Source of the DNA: Promethearchaeota archaeon
GTDB taxonomy: Archaea > Asgardarchaeota > Thorarchaeia > Thorarchaeales > Thorarchaeaceae
Direction: 5' to 3'
Assembly (NCBI GenBank): GCA_048939765.1
Contig: JBHLPF010000001.1
Coordinates: forward strand, 32,001 to 96,000
Length of the DNA: 64,000 nt
Shown here: one piece after another, positions 8,600 through 18,777 of the stretch
How positions within the stretch are numbered: position 1 is the stretch's first letter
Layout: the number at the start of each line of letters is the position of its first letter
Program-made: the position numbers and the translations under genes
The notes under the pieces: model-generated
The model's input: only the letters and a program-made list of their open reading frames with translations
The model's database searches: none
Told to the model about the DNA's origin: nothing

Positions 8600-10675
8600 T
8601 TAACGCTCGATTTCGCGTTGGTATCGTTCAACGAGTTCGACAAGCTCGTCCTCGCCTTTCTGGCGTGCCTTCTCACGTACTCTGGTAATGAATGATTGAA
8701 GCTGTGTTTCAAACTTCTTTCTACTAATGAATGCAAACTCATCGACCCTCTGCAATTCAACTTCTTCTGCATTTATGACGGGAATTACAGATTGTACCAG
8801 CTCTTCTTCTGACAAGTGCGACAAGGGAGTGTCTACAATCACTGCCCGAATGCCACGATCAATCAGCAGCCCTGCCGTTTGAGGCCCACCACCGCTAGCA
8901 TCCTCGAAAAGAACGATGTCGCCAGGCTTCAAGCCCACATTCTGGATATATTCCTCTATACTTTCTCTTGTGAAATGAGGAACTGACTTAATGGCAAGCA
9001 TATCACCCCGAATCTCACGGCGTTTTACACCCCTGAGATTCTCTAAACGTTTCTTCAGTTGCTCGATTTCTTTCTTGAGGCTCTTCACCTCGCGTCTCGA
9101 CTGTTCGAGTTCATTGTCTTTCTTCACAACTTCCCGATCTCGCTTGACTTTCCAGTAGTTCTCTTTTGAAATGATATCCAAGCTGTCTGTCAGTTCACTC
9201 TCTCGAAATTGTAAGAACTCTACAAAACGCTCTAGATCTTCAACTCTCTCGCTAAGTACAATATTCTCAGCCTCGGTTTCTGCTTGCTTGGTGAGAAGTG
9301 AATCGAATCGTTCCTGTGTAAGCGGTTCCTCCTCCCTAATAGGCTCTGGAGCAATCTCAACCTCTTTCGACTCCTCATGAAGAAGGCTGGCCATGGCCTC
9401 TTTCATTGACATTCCCTTGATAACCAATGCTTTCAATTGATTTCTATCCACAGGAAGCTGTTCATCACGAATCTTTCGATCTATCTGCTGAAGCTTTGGC
9501 TGGATATTTCGAAATGCATACACTGCGGCTGTGAGAGCATCTCGCTCGTGAGCATTTCGTATCTTGAAACCATCAGAAAACTCCCTTGCTAGCTCCTGTT
9601 TATCTGAAACTGGAATTTCGCGCCTTGGGGCATATAGCTCTGCATTCACAGTGCTTGCTATCTTCTTCACGAAGTGGGGTACAGGAGTGACATCTGTCGC
9701 AACCATTACAGGAATTCCTTGTTCATACACCTGCCTAATGATGTCAGCTCTCGTCAGCGACTTCCCACTCACAAGTCGGTGTATCTTTCCATCCAGTGTC
9801 AGCATGCATATTGCTGCTGTAGATCCTGGATCAATTCCTAAGATAAAGTACCTTGGTCCTAAGGCACTGGTAATGGGTTTTGGTTCAAGAGGGAGGAATT
9901 CAACTCTCTTTCTAACCGGCGATATGAGTACCTTGAAATCTCCAGCATGTTTTGATTCAATCAATGAGCGAATATTTGGTAGAGGCGCGTATGCGATTAT
10001 TCGGGCACTTGCGTAGCCAAAATCAGAGCTTCTAATATCAATGTCATAGTCGATCTTTACGGTCTTCAGTTGCTCTTCAATGTGTCTTGTCATTTGCTGA
10101 ATCTGTGAGTGAACCTTACGCCTGAAACGATTTGCACTCTGACCGCCTCGACCAGGTTTTCTACCACGAGCCACCTTAATCTCAGTCTGCTCTCCAAAAC
10201 ATTCCAGACTGTGTCCGATTCCCATCATGGCCAACTGTGCTGCAAGATGAGCGGATTCGAGAGGTGTTGGTTTTCCACGAACGCCTAATCCATGCCTCTT
10301 TGCAAGTCTCTTCAAAGACACTTGACGAGGTGGCACTCCCGTCACCTGAACCATTCGAGTTTCTGCCGGTATTTTATCAACAAGACGGAAGAGAGATTTG
10401 CTATCAGGCGCAATTTCAAAGATATTATCAGTGCATAGCCATTTGGGACTAATCTCTCGGACCAATTTCAAAAGCGTTCCACGAGATATCTCAGGATACT
10501 CGTTGAGAAGAACTCCTCCATGCATAATCGTGCATGCGAACTTTGGACTCCTCTTAGACTTTGGACTTTGGCCGGGAAGGATGTCAAATCCCATTATGAA
10601 TACGCTTTCATCGCCCATGGGCTCTGCACTCGATTGGTCGTTCGTTGTTGTGGCTATAAGGATTGACATCGGCAT
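8600..10675 (-). CDS. DUF460-family protein (RNase H-like domains plus coiled coil)
   Basis: MGFDI, DNIFEI, GRGGQSANRFRR, ILGIDPG, HERDALTAA, long coiled coil. Confidence 0.85.
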   Translation of the reverse strand: MPMSILIATTTNDQSSAEPMGDESVFIMGFDILPGQSPKSKRSPKFACTIMHGGVLLNEYPEISRGTLLKLVREISPKWLCTDNIFEIAPDSKSLFRLVDKIPAETRMVQVTGVPPRQVSLKRLAKRHGLGVRGKPTPLESAHLAAQLAMMGIGHSLECFGEQTEIKVARGRKPGRGGQSANRFRRKVHSQIQQMTRHIEEQLKTVKIDYDIDIRSSDFGYASARIIAYAPLPNIRSLIESKHAGDFKVLISPVRKRVEFLPLEPKPITSALGPRYFILGIDPGSTAAICMLTLDGKIHRLVSGKSLTRADIIRQVYEQGIPVMVATDVTPVPHFVKKIASTVNAELYAPRREIPVSDKQELAREFSDGFKIRNAHERDALTAAVYAFRNIQPKLQQIDRKIRDEQLPVDRNQLKALVIKGMSMKEAMASLLHEESKEVEIAPEPIREEEPLTQERFDSLLTKQAETEAENIVLSERVEDLERFVEFLQFRESELTDSLDIISKENYWKVKRDREVVKKDNELEQSRREVKSLKKEIEQLKKRLENLRGVKRREIRGDMLAIKSVPHFTRESIEEYIQNVGLKPGDIVLFEDASGGGPQTAGLLIDRGIRAVIVDTPLSHLSEEELVQSVIPVINAEEVELQRVDEFAFISRKKFETQLQSFITRVREKARQKGEDELVELVERYQREIER

Positions 10676-10726
10676 AGAAGCGCACTAGCAGAAAGAGTAT
10701 ACACAAACAACAAGTATAATAAAGAC

Positions 10727-11047
10727 TTGCTTGAGCAACAGGCTAACTCATGCGAGGTGTTACTACTGTCTGAAACACTGCAAGTTGACAAGGACGACGC
10801 TATTGAACGCATTGGACGAGCGCTTTCATCTGGAACTAGGCTGAAGATACTCAAACTCCTTCTGCAAGGTGAGAAGGATGTGACGCGAGTGGCACGACAC
10901 CTCGGGGGAACAGAGGCGAATGCCAGTGCCCAAATCAAGATACTCTACGAAGCGGGCCTGCTGGAGTGCCGTTACGAACCCGGGCAACATGGTCTGAAGA
11001 AGATATCAAAGACAAAAGTCAAACGCATCATAATTGATTTGGAATAG
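10727..11047 (+). CDS. ArsR-family HTH regulator
   Basis: ALSSGTRLKIL..ANASAQIKILYEAGLL..PGQHGLKK. Confidence 0.8.
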   Translation: MLEQQANSCEVLLLSETLQVDKDDAIERIGRALSSGTRLKILKLLLQGEKDVTRVARHLGGTEANASAQIKILYEAGLLECRYEPGQHGLKKISKTKVKRIIIDLE

Positions 11048-11111
11048 TGATTTCCCTTTAACCTCATCCGGAAATGCTGGGTGAGGTTCTTGCTTCTTTC
11101 ATCCTGACATT

Positions 11112-11627
11112 CTAGGTGGTGAGGTGTGCTTTCCATCTTCGAATTCGTTCAAGGATATTGTCTCGTTCTTCTGGTCGAATTCCCTTTTTGCCTCTGGCGT
11201 GGAGAAATTTCAGTACTACATCAATGTCCCGTACGACCTTCTCATTGGCCGAATGTTCTTGAATAAGATACTCTTTAGCAGCTTCAAGGTATTCTGCTAT
11301 GACCTTGGCATGTGCCTCTCCAGTCTGTAGTTCCTGTGCTATAGGATCAAGAACAATCGAAACATTCTCATTTGTCAGAGAAGTGCCTGCTGATTCTTCC
11401 GTTGGCAAGCTTGTAGCTAATATTGAATCATCTGTATCTTTCCTTTTGGTTGTAGTCGAAGCCTTAGAGAATGTGGGAGCGGGCGAAAGTGAGGGACTAG
11501 ATTCAAAATTCTCATCTGCTAAATCCAATTGACGCCTGAGCTCGTGGAGCTGGTCAAATAGCTCTACAAGTCCAGATTGTATGGTGTCGATGATCTTCTT
11601 AATATCTTCAAGGTTTTTGTCAGACAA
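11112..11627 (-). CDS. Hypothetical protein (N-terminal coiled coil, S/T-rich linker, helical C-domain)
   Basis: Fills the gap downstream of herA; protein-like composition. Confidence 0.65.
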   Translation of the reverse strand: MSDKNLEDIKKIIDTIQSGLVELFDQLHELRRQLDLADENFESSPSLSPAPTFSKASTTTKRKDTDDSILATSLPTEESAGTSLTNENVSIVLDPIAQELQTGEAHAKVIAEYLEAAKEYLIQEHSANEKVVRDIDVVLKFLHARGKKGIRPEERDNILERIRRWKAHLTT

Positions 11628-11732
11628 ACGCAGGGCCCCCGCATGTCCAGTAGATGCTTTGAAGAGAGCTAATGTTTTTTCTTTTTGACTGTTGTGGGAA
11701 TAGCCTCTGGTTGGAGATTGCCATGTATCATT

Positions 11733-13247
11733 CTATTTGTCGGCTTTTTTCAGCGCCTCAGATAGACCTTGGTTGAGTCCGGATGGTTCAAAGTGCCTCT
11801 TTCGAATCTTGACAAATGTAGGAACCGAAACTGTTTCTCCTACAAAGAGGGCCTCCCCAACTTCGAGAGTGGTTATGGTGTCCAATGACGCTCGATCAAT
11901 GCCTTCACTACTGCGCCCAATATGTTCGAGGTCGTATGGATTCGTTGCTCTGAGGATAGCCTGATTGCTGCACTGACTCAATACGGTCGTCGAGAGTTTG
12001 ACAGGTCGTTGTGAAACCAAACAGAGCAATGCAAAGAACTTGCGTCCTTCCCGTGCTATGGTTTCAATTCGACCTTTAGGAAGGGCAAGCTCATGTCGAC
12101 TCTCAGGACAGAACTGATGGGCTTCTTCCAAGACCAATAGAAAAGGAGGAATTGAACCACGACGCCTGAGAAACATGAGCTCACTCACCAAATGAGACAC
12201 GACGATTTGCTTTTTCTTTAGACTGATGAAGTCGCTCAAATCGATGAGGGTTAGCTTCCCAGGTTTAACGATGTTCTTGAGATTTGGTATACCTTCCTTG
12301 CCAAATAGACCGGTTTCTTCTAGATTGACAAGCCATCCTACAAGAGCCTCTCTTGTGTTCTTGCTGATAGTTTCGTCAGTCCTGACATAGTCAATGATAT
12401 CACCAAGTGTATAGCCATTCTTTGAGCCCTTGCGTATTATTGAAACTACTCGTCTCAAATCACGAACTTGAATGGCACTCATGTCAGCCACCAAAGACCC
12501 TATGGCTTCAGCTGTCAGGGATTGCACTGGAATCTGGATGTGTGACGCTCGAATATGCTCTACATCGATTTCGAGTTCCGTCACACCCAACATGTCACTT
12601 GCGAGATCCTTAAGGTAGGTGTATTCTCCATGCACGTCAACAACAATCACTGCCAGCCTACCTTGTTCCTTCGTACGTGCTAACAGCTCTTCAAGAAGAA
12701 CAGAAACAAAGTAAGACTTCCCCGCACCACTCATAGCTAATATGGCAAGATGCTTTGAGAGAAGCCGGTTGATAGATGGCTTGAACTCCAGACTGTGATG
12801 AGCCAGATTACCCAAATTAAGACCATCCGTGTCATCAAGATTCAGAAAGGCGGTCAGCACTTCACTGTCTGCCTTGCGCACTCGTGCTCCAGGAGATACG
12901 GCGAAGTATGGGCGGACTGACCTGTGTTCTGACCACAAGCCAAGGACTTGGGCTCTAGCAATGGTATATTGCCAGCGGTCAGTGGGAAAGATTGAGCGGA
13001 GAGGCTCTCCTCTGGATTGGTATTCTCTTACAGCCTCTGCATGCTGGTAATATCGGTTGACTCTCACCAGGTCCTGTACTCTGGCAATGATTATTTGATT
13101 GCCATTTGCTACTGAAACAAATTCTCCCCGTCTTACTACCAGCTCATGAGCTTCTCCTTCAACAACGAAAGAGAACTCCATGACGTTAGGTGAATCTTGT
13201 TCGCAGATGACTGTGCCAATTGGCGTGAATGACGATAATTCAGGCAA
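11733..13247 (-). CDS. herA: HerA-family ATPase with HAS barrel
   Basis: HLAILAMSGAGKS, DVHGEY, EEAHQFCP, AREGRKF, SQRP. Confidence 0.9.
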   Translation of the reverse strand: MPELSSFTPIGTVICEQDSPNVMEFSFVVEGEAHELVVRRGEFVSVANGNQIIIARVQDLVRVNRYYQHAEAVREYQSRGEPLRSIFPTDRWQYTIARAQVLGLWSEHRSVRPYFAVSPGARVRKADSEVLTAFLNLDDTDGLNLGNLAHHSLEFKPSINRLLSKHLAILAMSGAGKSYFVSVLLEELLARTKEQGRLAVIVVDVHGEYTYLKDLASDMLGVTELEIDVEHIRASHIQIPVQSLTAEAIGSLVADMSAIQVRDLRRVVSIIRKGSKNGYTLGDIIDYVRTDETISKNTREALVGWLVNLEETGLFGKEGIPNLKNIVKPGKLTLIDLSDFISLKKKQIVVSHLVSELMFLRRRGSIPPFLLVLEEAHQFCPESRHELALPKGRIETIAREGRKFFALLCLVSQRPVKLSTTVLSQCSNQAILRATNPYDLEHIGRSSEGIDRASLDTITTLEVGEALFVGETVSVPTFVKIRKRHFEPSGLNQGLSEALKKADK

Positions 13248-13250
13248 ATA

Positions 13251-14408
13251 TTAACCTCCAAATGGGCTTCTTGAACGTCTTCTCTCAAGTGTCGCATAGG
13301 TGAGGCCGGATAGAGCCATCAAACGATCAACAATAAGCTGTGTTTCTTTGTTACTGATTCGTGCTCGTGCATCTGCTTCCAGCACAGGAGTAGGAATTCC
13401 ATACTCAGGATGTTGCCAAGAGAGAGGAAGAATAGCTGAGAGAGCCCTGTCTATCTGTGCAGACCCATTGCTTTCATCAACAAGAATCTCTATTCTGATA
13501 GGGAGATCATCACGAGCAGCCTTCAAGTATGTGACCCAAATCGAAGAGGCCCAATTCGAAAGATCATCTGAGAGCGCATTTGTGTTTTGCATTAGCTCAG
13601 CAGAATACTTGAAGGCGAACGTCCGTTCACCCTCCTCGAGGAATGTGTCAAGGAGGTCACAGTCTCTAGAGAATTTGAGGAGCCACCGGTAGTCAACTCC
13701 TTGCATCATTTCGAAGATGCCTGGATTGCGTAGAACATGCGGAAGAATATCACTTAGGATACTGACTATACGAGTTGACCGGCTATCCTTTACTATCCCT
13801 GCTAGAATTGTTCTCTTTTCTCTGGCCTTATGATAGAGTTGCCTATACAGAGCCACTACTTCCTGAAACTTCTCAAAGACAGCTGATCCGATGTTTGGCC
13901 GGTCTCGTGGATGATAGAACAGGGACCCATCCACTAGAATCAGGTCAACATAGAAATCATCGAGAATAGATAGGGTGACTCCTAATTCTGCGGCAATGCG
14001 TTCAAGGGATCCAAGTTGGTCAAGTTCTGGACTCGGTAACGTAAGCATCACTGGTCTGATAGTAGGCTCAGGAAAAGCACGTGGAAAGAAGTCCACGGTG
14101 GGGCCTTCTTCTGGACCGAATTGAAAGACCACTGCTATGCCGCGGGTGAGTATCAAATCCATCGATCTGAACCGCCTTCTAATAAGACCCCCATCAACTC
14201 CTGCAATTCTCAGTCCGGACAGATCTGTGGGCTCAATCATCTTGGAGAATTGTGTTTCCACAGCGTCTGCTGTAAGTGCGGGATACCGACCCAAATCCAG
14301 CTCTCCTTTGATCCGCGATAGAACAGATCCAAACCGCTTTCTAGTGTCCTCAATACGTTCTATCTCTTCGACCAAAATGGTAAGCATTGAGTCAAGGTTA
14401 TGGTCCAC
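13251..14408 (-). CDS. nurA: NurA-family nuclease
   Basis: AGVDGG, LVDGSL, GIVKDS, YGIPTPVLEAD; directly upstream of herA. Confidence 0.88.
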   Translation of the reverse strand: MDHNLDSMLTILVEEIERIEDTRKRFGSVLSRIKGELDLGRYPALTADAVETQFSKMIEPTDLSGLRIAGVDGGLIRRRFRSMDLILTRGIAVVFQFGPEEGPTVDFFPRAFPEPTIRPVMLTLPSPELDQLGSLERIAAELGVTLSILDDFYVDLILVDGSLFYHPRDRPNIGSAVFEKFQEVVALYRQLYHKAREKRTILAGIVKDSRSTRIVSILSDILPHVLRNPGIFEMMQGVDYRWLLKFSRDCDLLDTFLEEGERTFAFKYSAELMQNTNALSDDLSNWASSIWVTYLKAARDDLPIRIEILVDESNGSAQIDRALSAILPLSWQHPEYGIPTPVLEADARARISNKETQLIVDRLMALSGLTYATLERRRSRSPFGG

Positions 14409-16084
14409 TACGCTTTCCCTCTCTGTTTCTTGTATTCAAGAGCGGCTCTAATAAGGCCCAAGTAGAGAGGGTGTGGAGAGTCTGGACGAGACTTGAACTC
14501 CGGATGGAATTGAACACCTATCCAAAAAGGATGGTCGACCAGTTCCACAGCATTGATAATCTCACCGCTGGTATCGTACGCAGAAACAATCAATCCTTGT
14601 TCCTTCATTCTGTTGACGTACCTGTCGATGAGATGGAATCGGTGTCTGAACCTCTCCCTAGTGGTTGTCTTTCCATAAATGCTGTGAAGCTTTGTTCCCT
14701 TTAGAATCGAAACCTCATGACCACCCAAACGCATTGTCCCGCCCTTGTCATTTACGCTCTTTTGTTCGTCCATTAGGTCTATAACAGGATAGAGACTGTC
14801 TGCATCTACTTCTGTGGTATGTGCACCTTTCCAGTCCATCATTTTCCTTGCAAAAGCCACAGTTCCTAGCTGAGCGCCATAGCAGATTCCTAGTAACGGA
14901 ATCTCAAGGTCAAAGGTCAATGTAGCGGCACAAATCATGCCTTCGACTCCACGTTCACCAAATCCTGGTGTCAAGAGAACTCCATCTACATCCTGCAAGT
15001 CCTCACGAAGACTTGCCTCATCACAACGCTCTTCAGTTTCAATCCACTTGATTGTCACTCGAGCACCGCACGCTGCAGAAGCATGAGACAACGCCTCATT
15101 GATGCTCTTGTAGGAATCACTGAGCGACGTATATTTGCCGGGCATTGCAATGGTTATACTATCATGAGGAGATTCAAATGTCTTGACCATTTCATGCCAT
15201 TGCTCGGTATCAGGCACATGGTTTTCTAGACCTAAATGATTGGTTAAGATGCCTCCGAGACCTTGATCCTCAAATGATAAGGGCAGTCGATAAATAACCG
15301 GTATATCAGGATTGGAAATAACTCTGTTCACAGGAACGTTGCAGAAAAGAGCAATCTTGCTCTCTGCCGAAGGAGGCAACTCTTTTTCGGCTCGGCAAAT
15401 TATTACATCAGGTTGAAGACCAAGGCCTTGAAGAGTCCTAACACTGTGTTGGGTTGGTTTGGTCTTGAACTCTCCAACAGAGCCTATGTAGGGAACAAGT
15501 GTCACATGCACAAGAGCAACTCTTTCATGACCAACTTCACTGACCAACTGACGAACTGCCTCAAGAAATGGCATTGCTTCGATATCCCCTGCGGTACCTC
15601 CTATTTCCACCAGCAGTACATCGGGTTTCTGTTCCTCTACGACTTTCCAGATTCGGTGTTTTATCCTGTCTGTAACATGAGGGATTATCTGAACGGTTCT
15701 GCCCAGAAAGCTCCCTTTTCGTTCTCCTAGGATTACTGAGGTATAAATTTGACCTGATGTGATGTTTTGAGAAGGATGAACTTCCATCCCAGTAAACCGT
15801 TCGTATGTACCAAAATCCAAGTCAATCTCAGAGATTATGAACTCAAATCCTTCTGCGGGACAAAACGCCCATGGCTGATCTGTTACAAACACCTCGCCAT
15901 GTTCAACAGGGTTCAATGTTCCGGGATCAATGTTTAGGTAGGGATCTATTTTCATTATGCCGATTTTGTATCCTCGAAATTGGAAGAGCTTTGCAATTGA
16001 TGCTGTTGTGACACCTTTCCCAATCCCGGAGAGTACGCCCCCTGTAACAAAAACAAAGCGGGTCTGGTCTTGATTCGTGTTCAA
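14408..16084 (-). CDS. pyrG: CTP synthase
   Basis: VTGGVLSGIGKG, KTKPTQHSV, GICYG, QFHPEF. Confidence 0.97.
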   Translation of the reverse strand: MNTNQDQTRFVFVTGGVLSGIGKGVTTASIAKLFQFRGYKIGIMKIDPYLNIDPGTLNPVEHGEVFVTDQPWAFCPAEGFEFIISEIDLDFGTYERFTGMEVHPSQNITSGQIYTSVILGERKGSFLGRTVQIIPHVTDRIKHRIWKVVEEQKPDVLLVEIGGTAGDIEAMPFLEAVRQLVSEVGHERVALVHVTLVPYIGSVGEFKTKPTQHSVRTLQGLGLQPDVIICRAEKELPPSAESKIALFCNVPVNRVISNPDIPVIYRLPLSFEDQGLGGILTNHLGLENHVPDTEQWHEMVKTFESPHDSITIAMPGKYTSLSDSYKSINEALSHASAACGARVTIKWIETEERCDEASLREDLQDVDGVLLTPGFGERGVEGMICAATLTFDLEIPLLGICYGAQLGTVAFARKMMDWKGAHTTEVDADSLYPVIDLMDEQKSVNDKGGTMRLGGHEVSILKGTKLHSIYGKTTTRERFRHRFHLIDRYVNRMKEQGLIVSAYDTSGEIINAVELVDHPFWIGVQFHPEFKSRPDSPHPLYLGLIRAALEYKKQRGKA

Positions 16085-16205
16085 GAATGATTCCTCATGT
16101 TCTTGACCCCGTCATATTCTACGGCTCAAGACTATGCGTCGCTGCTACGTGAGGTCGTATAAATCGTTCGTTACAGATGCGTATTTTGCGCCCTTCTGAT
16201 TCATA

Positions 16206-16784
16206 TTAAATTGGCTTTGTGAGAACACTTGCACGCATAGCGTTTCCAAAGAGATGCTGAAATGCCTCTAGGATGTTGAAGCCATCCTTGGCTATGCTTT
16301 TGAACACAGGGACGGCTCGCGGAAGTCTTAGGTGCTGCCGTATTTCGTCTTCTTGAACTGCTCCTGGAAGATCCTGCTTGTTGAGGCAGACAACTATTGG
16401 CAGGGGTCGCTCCTCCTCCGCCACCAATGCCACCAGCTCGTTCCAACTTGCCTGATTCTCTTGCAACAGGTGTTCCTGAGAATCGACCATGAAAACGACT
16501 CCATCTGCACCTACAAGGACCACTTCTCTAGTTGACCTATAGAAGTCTTGACCAGTTGCTGACCATACATGAGCGTTGATCTTCCAGCTGTCCCCTAATG
16601 CAAATGGAATTGTGCCAAAGTCGCAGAACATAGTCCTACCCACAGTGTTCTCAATGGATGTCAGTTTGTCTGCATAATCAAGGCTTGAGAAGAGCCATCG
16701 TATGGCAGTGGTTTTGCCACTCATTGCAGGGCCAAAGAACACTATTTTGAGACCGACCGTACGAGTACCATAGTCTATAATCAT
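16206..16784 (-). CDS. Small Ras-like GTPase, MglA type
   Basis: G1 GPAMSGKT, RTMFCDF, atypical G3 SATGQ, G4 NKQD, G5 SIA. Confidence 0.88.
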   Translation of the reverse strand: MIIDYGTRTVGLKIVFFGPAMSGKTTAIRWLFSSLDYADKLTSIENTVGRTMFCDFGTIPFALGDSWKINAHVWSATGQDFYRSTREVVLVGADGVVFMVDSQEHLLQENQASWNELVALVAEEERPLPIVVCLNKQDLPGAVQEDEIRQHLRLPRAVPVFKSIAKDGFNILEAFQHLFGNAMRASVLTKPI

Positions 16785-16799
16785 CCCTTCACTCCCTGA

Positions 16800-17720
16800 T
16801 TACGTTCCCCACATACTGTCAACCCACGCACCAAGGCCAGATAACGCACCGGACTTCACGCAGTCAGAAAAGTCCTCGTGCCATTCTGCAACGATGAATC
16901 GAATAAGGTCAGACAAATCGCCGTCTTCCCATCCAATTGCCTCATACAGATTTCTCTCAGTCAGCGCAGTAGATGCACCAAGTTCCCTGGCTAGACGGAT
17001 TCTGGATAATAGAGTAACTGCTCTTCTGGCTGCATGTACATAGTTGCTTATTTCTTCATCAAACACATCATGCGTCAGTTTCTCAGATTCATCATCAAGC
17101 TTCAAGACTGCATTTATGATTCCACTTGATACATTGACGCCACGAAGTGATTTTCTCAGAAGGCGTCTGATTCTCTCGAGAGATTGACGTTTTCGAGTCA
17201 GAATCTTAGTAACTATCTTCTTTTCCACCTCCAAATTGCCGCTACATGGCTCTATGAGGGAGAAGTTCATCGATGAAGGAGAGGCCACTCTCAAGATTCC
17301 ACAATTGTTGGAATGCTGTAGCACTCGATGAATCACCGTTTGCATCATCTCTTCATTCACATGCATTCCTAACACATTGGCTCCTATTGGGATTGCAAGA
17401 AGCCATCCAGAAAATCTGGTTATTCGTTCTAGAGCCAGTCGGAGGTTTGACGAGAGCCCGCAGATGATGGTTCTACTGACTTCATAGTTGTGCTTTTCCT
17501 CCTCCCAAACTGCAAGAAGCTCGGTTTCGGAGGTGAAATCACGCCAGAACACAAGCTTGTGATGGTGAGGGCACAACATAGCAAGGCTTTCAGTGATGTC
17601 ATCTACTAGTTCAACATCTTGACCAGTTACCAGGATAGGAAGACGGTTCATCACGGAATTCAACAGAAGCGGAAAATCATCCCCCAAAAGCTCAATCATT
17701 CGCATTATAGAATAAGTCAT
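16800..17720 (-). CDS. Hypothetical protein, possible folliculin/DENN-like domain
   Basis: N-terminus resembles the folliculin cDENN start (by-eye alignment); sits between roadblock and GTPase genes. Confidence 0.55.
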   Translation of the reverse strand: MTYSIMRMIELLGDDFPLLLNSVMNRLPILVTGQDVELVDDITESLAMLCPHHHKLVFWRDFTSETELLAVWEEEKHNYEVSRTIICGLSSNLRLALERITRFSGWLLAIPIGANVLGMHVNEEMMQTVIHRVLQHSNNCGILRVASPSSMNFSLIEPCSGNLEVEKKIVTKILTRKRQSLERIRRLLRKSLRGVNVSSGIINAVLKLDDESEKLTHDVFDEEISNYVHAARRAVTLLSRIRLARELGASTALTERNLYEAIGWEDGDLSDLIRFIVAEWHEDFSDCVKSGALSGLGAWVDSMWGT

Positions 17721-18664
17721 GGTTCTCGCCTCGCTAAAACCATTCCATTTTCATTGCCGCCAGCTAGAAGCAGCTCTCTTAGATCGTCTGGAACTGAAAG
17801 GCGCATTGCTTCGGCAGTACTAAGAACACGTTTAATCTCCTCAATGTAGTGCTTGAGCAGAAGCCGCATGAGGCCAAGTTTCTGACCTCCACGATTTACC
17901 CAAAGGCTGAACACTCCGTTTGGCACAGCATAGATGAAGTGCCTTATAGATCCCGCTTCGCAGAGAACAGTCTGAAGAGAACTATTGCGGAGCGTTCGTA
18001 CCACGCGTTCTGATGCATCATGTAGAGCAAAGGACATTGCAGCAAGTCTATCATTAGTAAATCCCTCCAGAGAAACACGAACACCACCACTGAGAGAGAG
18101 AAAGACCGATTCGATATCAGGAATGCCATCATGCACCTGCCGCAATAACGCTCTCAGTGCGAGAGCTTGAGACCGATCAAGTGATATGATTGACCGTGAT
18201 GTGGCATAGGAGGTATCTCGTCCTTCAGCCACAGCGAACCCGCCAAGAACACGATGGGTTTCTTCACTACTGTATGAGCGCAGCGGTGGGAGCCTTCCAT
18301 CCACATGCTGACGCAGCAAGAATGCAACACGAGATAAACTGTCCTTCATCTCTATGAATAGCGCTGCAAGATTAACCCTGGGTGCAGTTGTAACGGTCAA
18401 GAAGTAGTCAGGATCATTGGGAAGTGAGGCAAGAAATACTTTGGAGGTTTCGGATTCCATAAGAAGATACTTGAATTCGCCATGGACAAGACGTGCAACG
18501 CCATAGATTGCACATGTCGATGATGCAATCGCGAATACCTCTTCCTTGCTGAACCAGACCCCAGCACTGGCAACCGGGAGTCCATCCTTCTGAATTAGGA
18601 CTACATTTTCAACGCCTGCAATCATCTTTATGGTTTGCAGCGTTTCGTTTAGCTCGTCAGTCAA
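17717..18664 (-). CDS. Tandem roadblock/LC7 (MglB-like) protein
   Basis: Two units: GVENVVLIQKDGLPVAS..AIASS and IPDIESVFLSLSGGVRV..LAAMS..KLGLMRL. Confidence 0.8.
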   Translation of the reverse strand: MTDELNETLQTIKMIAGVENVVLIQKDGLPVASAGVWFSKEEVFAIASSTCAIYGVARLVHGEFKYLLMESETSKVFLASLPNDPDYFLTVTTAPRVNLAALFIEMKDSLSRVAFLLRQHVDGRLPPLRSYSSEETHRVLGGFAVAEGRDTSYATSRSIISLDRSQALALRALLRQVHDGIPDIESVFLSLSGGVRVSLEGFTNDRLAAMSFALHDASERVVRTLRNSSLQTVLCEAGSIRHFIYAVPNGVFSLWVNRGGQKLGLMRLLLKHYIEEIKRVLSTAEAMRLSVPDDLRELLLAGGNENGMVLARREP

Positions 18665-18777
18665 TCGCTCAGCTCCGGACCTAGAAGATGGTCCAATCTA
18701 GAATCTCGGAGGTTACTATATAACCACCACACAGACGGTGTTCTTCGTGGTGAGTTTGTGTGAAGCTTGGCCAATGA

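Noticed and set aside
16101-16131. Hairpin TCTTGA-CCGT/ACGG-TCAAGA in the pyrG leader
   Set aside because: A single modest hairpin; cannot be distinguished from chance or a terminator.
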